DNA of 14,428 bases from an uncultured Candidatus Poseidoniales archaeon (GTDB lineage: Archaea > Thermoplasmatota > Poseidoniia > Poseidoniales > Thalassarchaeaceae), in contig CAZXZO010000019.1 in assembly GCA_964645485.1 (NCBI GenBank), positions 25,845-40,272 on the forward strand, given 5' to 3'. A program made the translations under genes and the position numbers. This document shows positions 1-4,878 of the stretch, one piece after another. Each line of letters starts with the position of its first letter. Position 1 is the stretch's first letter. The notes under the pieces were generated by a model that was not told the DNA's origin, made no database searches, and saw nothing but the letters and a program-made list of their open reading frames with translations.

Positions 1-12
1 AGGAAGGTCGAG

Positions 13-44
13 GACGCGAAGGTTGCTGTGCAACCTGACGCGCC
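13..44 (-). other. GC-rich stem-loop downstream of tRNA-Phe; function unknown
   Basis: The minus strand reads GGCGCG-UC-AGGUUGC-ACA-GCAACCU-U-CGCGUC: a 7-bp perfect inner stem plus a 6-bp outer stem with one G-U pair (an A-C mismatch on the plus strand). Confidence 0.5.
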
Positions 45-101
45 TTCAAGTCCGGCCTATCAGGAACGAGGCTCATCAAAGTGCGATAGGCCGGACTTGA
101 A
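45..101. repeat. Perfect 17-bp inverted repeat (45..61 and 85..101, 23-nt spacer); the right arm is tRNA-Phe positions 54-70
   Basis: 45..61 = TTCAAGTCCGGCCTATC and 85..101 = GATAGGCCGGACTTGAA, exact reverse complements. The match does not extend on either side. Confidence 0.95.
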
Positions 102-154
102 CCGGCGGCTTCCAGATCTTCAGTCTGGCACTCTCCCAGCTGAGTTACTATCGC
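82..154 (-). tRNA. tRNA-Phe (anticodon GAA), 73 nt, intron-less, CCA not encoded
   Basis: The reverse complement folds as a complete cloverleaf: GCGATAG TA ACTC-AGCTGGGA-GAGT G CCAGA-CTGAAGA-TCTGG AAGCC GCCGG-TTCAAGT-CCGGC CTATCGC A. The anticodon is at 121..119. The bases after the discriminator are CTT, not CCA. Confidence 0.97.
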
Positions 155-180
155 TTATGCCTCGGGGACTGCGCTTCTCT

Positions 181-195
181 CTTCAAGTCTTTTGG
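181..195 (-). promoter_or_regulatory. Putative BRE/TATA-like promoter of tRNA-Phe (CCAAAAGAC-TTGAAG)
   Basis: TTGAAG at 186..181 lies 26 nt before tRNA G1 and is preceded by a purine-rich BRE-like tract, matching archaeal promoter geometry. Confidence 0.5.
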
Positions 196-205
196 CCGAG
201 CAATT

Positions 206-1033
206 TCACTCTATGCCATCAAGGACTTCGGCTTGAATATCATGAATCTGCTTCATCCCAATTTCTGCCAAGTCCACAAGCGCATTCAATTGTTCACGAG
301 AATAAGTTGATTCTTCGCCTGTAGATTGAACTTCAATGAACCGTCCATCACTTGTCATTACAACGTTCATGTCAACATCTGCATTGCTATCAAGAATATA
401 ATCCAAATCTAGGAAAGTCTCTCCATCAACTAGGCCAACACTTACTGCTGCAATGTCATTAGCAAGAATAGAACGTTCGTGTGCATCACGAGCATCTGCA
501 TCAAGTTCTGGTGCTTCCCAACCAGATTTTTTGTCCTCAAAAGTAGGACGCAAATCCTTAGGCAACGAATCACCACTAGCAATTAATCTTCGAATTCCCA
601 ACCTCAGAGCAATATTTGCCGCGGTAATTGAAGCACAACGAGTTCCCCCATCTGCATTCAGTACGTCACAATCAACTGTCAAAGCAACAGGCCCAAGGGC
701 CTCTAGGTCAATCGCCCCACGTAGTGAGCGAGCAATGAGTCTCTCAATCTCGTAAGTACGACCCTTCGCACCCCTTCTTTCTCTTTGGAAGCGCGAGTCA
801 GTTGAACCGGGCAAAAGTGAATATTCGGAGTGAATCCACCCCCGGTCTGCATCTCTAGGGAACCATCGCGGTAGAGAGTTCTGCTTGGTACAGCAGGCTA
901 ACACAACAGTGTCACCTTGCTTGTAAAGAACCGATGCCAATGCATTCGGTGTGAAATCTAGTGTAACAGAGATTTCTCGCATCTCATCATTGTCTCTTGA
1001 GATTTCAAGGTCAGTCTTCTTCAATTTCGCCAT
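206..1033 (-). CDS. rph: Ribonuclease PH, bacterial type (phosphorolytic 3'-5' exoribonuclease / tRNA nucleotidyltransferase)
   Basis: The motifs GWIHSEYSLLPGST, GRTYEIERLIARSLRGAIDL, DCDVLNADGGTRCASIT and LDYILDSNADVDMNVVMT..G.FIEVQ align with bacterial Rph. The phosphate-binding GGTR and the two acidic metal ligands are intact. Confidence 0.95.
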   Translation of the reverse strand: MAKLKKTDLEISRDNDEMREISVTLDFTPNALASVLYKQGDTVVLACCTKQNSLPRWFPRDADRGWIHSEYSLLPGSTDSRFQRERRGAKGRTYEIERLIARSLRGAIDLEALGPVALTVDCDVLNADGGTRCASITAANIALRLGIRRLIASGDSLPKDLRPTFEDKKSGWEAPELDADARDAHERSILANDIAAVSVGLVDGETFLDLDYILDSNADVDMNVVMTSDGRFIEVQSTGEESTYSREQLNALVDLAEIGMKQIHDIQAEVLDGIE

Positions 1034-1056
1034 GGCCCGCCGACCTACCCCTCTCT

Positions 1057-1062
1057 CTTAAG
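1057..1062 (-). promoter_or_regulatory. TATA-like box (CTTAAG) of rph; probably a leaderless transcript
   Basis: CTTAAG lies 23 nt upstream of the ATG at 1033, with no SD sequence in between. Confidence 0.45.
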
Positions 1063-1088
1063 CGCGTTTGTATCAGAATCACTCGATT

Positions 1089-1640
1089 CTAGCGGCGGGC
1101 GTGTTTAGGCCGGAACGATTTCACGACATTAGAATCTGTCTCGATGTAAGGCCCACCTATCAAATCAATACAGTAAGGAACCGCGGCAAAAATTTCGTCA
1201 ATTGTTTCGCGAATTGCTTTTGGCGCGCCTGGCAAATTAATGATCAATGCTTGACCGCGGATTCCAGCACTTTGGCGCGATAAAATTGCAGTTGGTACAA
1301 ATCTAAGTGATATTGCCCGCATCTGTTCACCAAATCCCGGCAACATTCTACTGCATACAGCCTCTGTTGCTTCTGGTGTGACATCTCTAGGTGCGGGACC
1401 TGTGCCACCAGTAGTGACTACTAGATTGCAACCCTGCACATCTATCAAATCAATGAGAGCGGCCTCAATAGCCGCTTGCTCATCTTCGATAACAACAGAA
1501 ATTGCATTCCATTCAGAAATTAAGGCCTCTTCAAAAAAGGCATGAATTGCTGGGCCGCTCAGGTCTTCATACTCACCACTACTTGCACGGTCTGATGAAG
1601 TAAGAATTCCTATTTGGATGAACTCACCAACATCTGCCAT
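1089..1640 (-). CDS. mog: Molybdopterin adenylyltransferase Mog (alternative start at 1664)
   Basis: SDRASSGEYED, VTTGGTGPAPRDVTPEAT, MLPGFGEQMRAISLRFVPTAILSRQ, NLPGAPKAI and the C-terminal FRPKHARR closely follow E. coli-type Mog. GGAG motifs precede the ATG at 1640; the ATG at 1664 is also possible. Confidence 0.93.
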   Translation of the reverse strand: MADVGEFIQIGILTSSDRASSGEYEDLSGPAIHAFFEEALISEWNAISVVIEDEQAAIEAALIDLIDVQGCNLVVTTGGTGPAPRDVTPEATEAVCSRMLPGFGEQMRAISLRFVPTAILSRQSAGIRGQALIINLPGAPKAIRETIDEIFAAVPYCIDLIGGPYIETDSNVVKSFRPKHARR

Positions 1641-1716
1641 AGAAACTCCACTCCTTGCCTGCATATCAAGAACGCCCTAAGTCGTTATATCATCAATGAT
1701 GAATACAGAAACCAAC

Positions 1717-2388
1717 TCAAATATTTCCAGGATGATTTCCTACTGAGTGCATAGTTCCTTCTTGTTGTGGCATTACACCTGGAGTTTGGTGCCCCTGTGC
1801 TAGAGCCATTTTCTGTTCAGGTGTTTTCAAAGTAAACCCTAAAATAATCCCAATAAATGCAATAAATCCGCCACAACAGCACACACTAAAGCCGCCAAAT
1901 CCGGCACCTAAGATTTGGAACAAACCACCTATTATCATTTCTGCATCCCAAATTTGGATGTCTGTGTTATTAGTTTCCCAAGTGTATGTTCCGTCTTCAC
2001 AACCCATTTTGCAAATATATCCAATATGTATGTTTCCATCCCCACCTGTGGTGTCATCTGAATTTTCACACGCTGGGGTAAACAAATTCTCACCCTCTGA
2101 GTTTAGCATAGTAAAATTGCTAATCAATTCACAATCTTCTTCTGACAGATTAACATATCCTCGTTCACCTAAAGCATCGGTGCCATCAGCATATTCTCCA
2201 CTCATTACAACGATTAGATAAGCAGTATCTGAAATACCAGTTAACTCAATCTCTCCTCCATTACCTTCGTAGATTTGAGCATCTTCCATGCCAGAAATAC
2301 CATCAGAGGCCCCCCAGAACATCACCACACCACCAATGATGCAAAGTATCAATCCGAAGGGTATCATTATCTTGCCACTCATGTGCAT
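1717..2388 (-). CDS. Hypothetical membrane protein (N-terminal TM or signal anchor, acidic Cys-containing extracellular domain, C-terminal TM with CCC); start at 2388 or 2382
   Basis: 223-aa ORF co-oriented with its neighbours, with hydrophobic segments IMIPFGLILCIIGGVVMFWG and IIGGLFQILGAGFGGFSVCCCGGFIAFIGIILGF. I do not recognise the family. Confidence 0.8.
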   Translation of the reverse strand: MHMSGKIMIPFGLILCIIGGVVMFWGASDGISGMEDAQIYEGNGGEIELTGISDTAYLIVVMSGEYADGTDALGERGYVNLSEEDCELISNFTMLNSEGENLFTPACENSDDTTGGDGNIHIGYICKMGCEDGTYTWETNNTDIQIWDAEMIIGGLFQILGAGFGGFSVCCCGGFIAFIGIILGFTLKTPEQKMALAQGHQTPGVMPQQEGTMHSVGNHPGNI

Positions 2389-2459
2389 ATCAGTGGCGAA
2401 TTATCTGTTGCTTATTAGAACCATTGAATAATGCTGTTTTTGGGTTGAACCCTGAACCA

Positions 2460-3461
2460 TCATTCCTTTTCTTTTGCATCACCATTCTCAGCAATCTCAC
2501 TGAAGAATTGTTTTGCTTCATCCAAACGCTCTTTCCGCACGGAAATGTCAATTGATTTTTTCCTCGCAATCCCACCGGTAGCGGCATCTAATTCCATCAA
2601 TCCTTGTTCATCATCTTGGCGGATATATGTAAGCCTTCTTTTTGCACTCTCAAATTGTGAATCCGAAAGGTCTCCTTTGTCATGAAGTTCTGTTAGTAGG
2701 TGAAGTTTTGCAATAAAATCCTCACGTTGCTTGTTTCTCCACATCTGATCTGAGAAGAATAGTTGAGAAAGTGTCGCAGCCAATGTACCAAACATACCGA
2801 TTCCTACGAACAACAAGATTGTAGCAACCACCCTCGCTCCAACGGAATGTGGATAATATTCCCCATATCCAACTGTTGTAATCGTCTCAATGGCATACCA
2901 AATCGAATTATCAAAAGTCACTACAAGAGTAGCATCATTACAAGTGGGGTCAGCAATACACTCGTCTTCATATTGAAGTTCAAACATGAGAGTTAAAACT
3001 GCGCCAGCGAGGGTTAAAATTGAAACGATAATGAATAGATGAGTTATTCGTTTTTGCACTGAAACTTCGTCACCTTCTGCGATATTTAGCATCCGTAAAA
3101 TTGCTTGAATTGCTGGGATTAGAAGTAGGAATCTAAGCACACCTGCTCCACCTAATCCAGGAATTGCAGTGCCTAGAAGGGGGAATAAGGCAATTATTTG
3201 CAGAGAATTCCATTTCCACCATTCAACCCGGTTTTCACTTTTGTAGTGTGAATCCGCAAGGATTGTAATGAAGTATCCAATAAGAATGATGTCAACAATT
3301 ACTAACAAAGTCCATTCAGTTTGGTTGGTGTTTCGTAAATCATTGATTGAATCATAAACTATGATACCAATTGCCAGCAATGATGAGGTGAGAAAAATAA
3401 TTTCAGATGTATTGATGAGTGATTTAGTGAATGGTGTATACCACGCCTTCTTCTCACTCAT
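2460..3461 (-). CDS. Potassium channel, 6-TM (Kv-like) architecture with C-terminal SHOCT-like domain
   Basis: Pore helix and filter SIWYAIETITTVGYGEYYP (TVGYG at 2876..2862), four N-terminal hydrophobic helices, S5/S6, and LHLLTELHDKGDLSDSQFESAKRRL, which fits the SHOCT pattern. Confidence 0.9.
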   Translation of the reverse strand: MSEKKAWYTPFTKSLINTSEIIFLTSSLLAIGIIVYDSINDLRNTNQTEWTLLVIVDIILIGYFITILADSHYKSENRVEWWKWNSLQIIALFPLLGTAIPGLGGAGVLRFLLLIPAIQAILRMLNIAEGDEVSVQKRITHLFIIVSILTLAGAVLTLMFELQYEDECIADPTCNDATLVVTFDNSIWYAIETITTVGYGEYYPHSVGARVVATILLFVGIGMFGTLAATLSQLFFSDQMWRNKQREDFIAKLHLLTELHDKGDLSDSQFESAKRRLTYIRQDDEQGLMELDAATGGIARKKSIDISVRKERLDEAKQFFSEIAENGDAKEKE

Positions 3462-3569
3462 TAGGTAGTGGCCGTCTAAGAGGGAATATCACGATTGCCT
3501 TAGCAAAGTCAAGGAAGAACCGATTTTTCGGTGTGAATCTATTTCAGGGAGATAGAATAGTTCTTGATT

Positions 3570-4739
3570 TCAGAAGATGTCATCGTCATCATCATCATTA
3601 TCATCAAACATATCATTAGCATCGCTCTTTGCCTTGGCATTTTTTGCCTTGGTTTCAGCAGGTTTTTTAGCAGGTTTCTCTTTTGGTTTTTCAGCAGGTT
3701 TTTTACCCTTTGGAGTATTTTCTTCTGCTTCTTCTGCTGCAAGACGCTTCTTCTTTTCTTCTTCTTCTCTAGCTGCCAACTCTTCTGGGTCTAGGCCTTG
3801 TTGTAATGCCAACTTTATTCGGCGTTCATCACGGGCTTGCTTCTCAATCAGCCTGTGTTTTGAACGATCATATTGCTGTAACATAAACATCGCATCGTGC
3901 TCAAGCAATGGCGAATCTGAAATCACAGTAACATCAAGCCAATCGCCATCTTCTGCCAAAAATTCTGCCAATGGCTCAAATTTCAAATCGGATTTCTTGA
4001 CTTGAGTATAATGCAGCGCATTACCCATGCGATGTTCCACTCCAGAAAAGTGACAATAGAATGTTTTGCCACCTAAAGTGTCACGCACCATATCGAATAA
4101 TTCCCCATAATCTTCACTAGTTCTGAGTCTGCCATGGCCGCGGGAATGGATATGTGCCATATTGAGTACAGGAACTGTGCCTTCAACGTGATTACTGACC
4201 TCCAAAACTTCCTCTAAAGTGCCCCATAATTCTTGCCGGCCACTGGTCTCAATACCAACTAATGCAGGAGTGTCATCATTCAACCAAGGAAATGCAATGT
4301 GTTGCTCTTCAAGGGATTTATCGCCCCATAATTCACCAACTCGCTCAACTACGCCAGCCATGATGTTGGCAACCTGCTCATTGGCATCTTTGCCTCTGCT
4401 AAAACCAAGGTATGGTCCCACATGGAATACAATATGCCGAGCGTTTACAACCTTGGCGGCTTGGATTGAGGCTTCCATTTTTGCTAAGGTTCTACTGCGT
4501 TCACGACGATTCCCTAACAACTCAGCATAGTAAGGACCATGCAAGTTCATCTCAAAATTGGTTTTGTGAGAAAGCACTCCTGCTTGCCAGTACTGGTCGA
4601 AGTGTTTTGGTTGGACTGTTCGTACAGTTTGAATCTCCATTGTTTCAAGACCGAGAGTGGTGATATCATCCATACCTTCAACGATTGTTCTTCCCTTACA
4701 TGAGAGCGGAACACCCGCCGGACCTAGTTTTAGTGACAT
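3570..4739 (-). CDS. Endonuclease IV-like (AP endonuclease 2 family) TIM-barrel protein with a ~100-aa charged C-terminal extension
   Basis: LGPAGVPLS, MEIQ, LHGPYY, VFHVG, IETSG, AHIHSRG.G, CHFSGVE and ISDSPLLE follow the archaeal EndoIV motif order. Double GGAGG SD upstream (4748..4760). Confidence 0.85.
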   Translation of the reverse strand: MSLKLGPAGVPLSCKGRTIVEGMDDITTLGLETMEIQTVRTVQPKHFDQYWQAGVLSHKTNFEMNLHGPYYAELLGNRRERSRTLAKMEASIQAAKVVNARHIVFHVGPYLGFSRGKDANEQVANIMAGVVERVGELWGDKSLEEQHIAFPWLNDDTPALVGIETSGRQELWGTLEEVLEVSNHVEGTVPVLNMAHIHSRGHGRLRTSEDYGELFDMVRDTLGGKTFYCHFSGVEHRMGNALHYTQVKKSDLKFEPLAEFLAEDGDWLDVTVISDSPLLEHDAMFMLQQYDRSKHRLIEKQARDERRIKLALQQGLDPEELAAREEEEKKKRLAAEEAEENTPKGKKPAEKPKEKPAKKPAETKAKNAKAKSDANDMFDDNDDDDDDIF

Positions 4740-4813
4740 CCCATCATCCCTCCGACCTCCCGGCCGAATCGCTGTTCTTTGTTAATACTGTGTGCAGACA
4801 GGCTCTTTCAGGC

Positions 4814-4830
4814 AAAAAATTAACCAAAAA
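4814..4830 (-). terminator. Possible archaeal oligo(T) terminator after the CRTAC1-like gene
   Basis: The minus strand reads TTTTTGGTTAATTTTTT about 50-65 nt after the stop at 4879, preceded by a weak TTCAA...TTGAA hairpin. Confidence 0.4.
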
Positions 4831-4878
4831 GTCCTCCGCCATTTCAAGTTTGTACTCCGAACTATTTGAACCAATTGA

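Noticed and set aside
1-65. A second, plus-strand tRNA (D-loop-like AGGAAGGTCGAGGAC plus TTCAAGT T-loop)
   Set aside because: The 5' side of the T-stem (GCGCC) does not pair with CCGGC, and there is no canonical 7-nt anticodon loop. At most a remnant.
1-76. Minus-strand ORF starting ATG at 76 (MSLVPDRPDLKARQVAQQ...) open to the window edge
   Set aside because: It starts 5 nt after the tRNA with no promoter space or SD, and the sequence is better explained by RNA structure. It cannot be fully excluded without the left flank.
1-80. SRP RNA or RNase P RNA
   Set aside because: No SRP helix-8 motif, GNAR-capped helix 6 or RNase P conserved regions are visible in the available bases. It needs an Rfam scan with flanking sequence.
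28-324. 98-aa plus-strand ORF
   Set aside because: It runs antisense through the tRNA-Phe gene and the end of rph and has no recognisable motifs; a shadow ORF.
3653-3705. 17-bp direct repeat with 36-nt period as a CRISPR or mobile-element repeat
   Set aside because: There are only two copies, in frame inside a CDS, encoding KKPAE repeats, and no cas genes are present.
3539-4005. Overlapping low-complexity ORFs (3539..3742 minus, 3564..3794 plus, 3577..4005 plus)
   Set aside because: They are alternative-frame or antisense readings of the repetitive Lys/Glu/Asp tail of the EndoIV-like gene.
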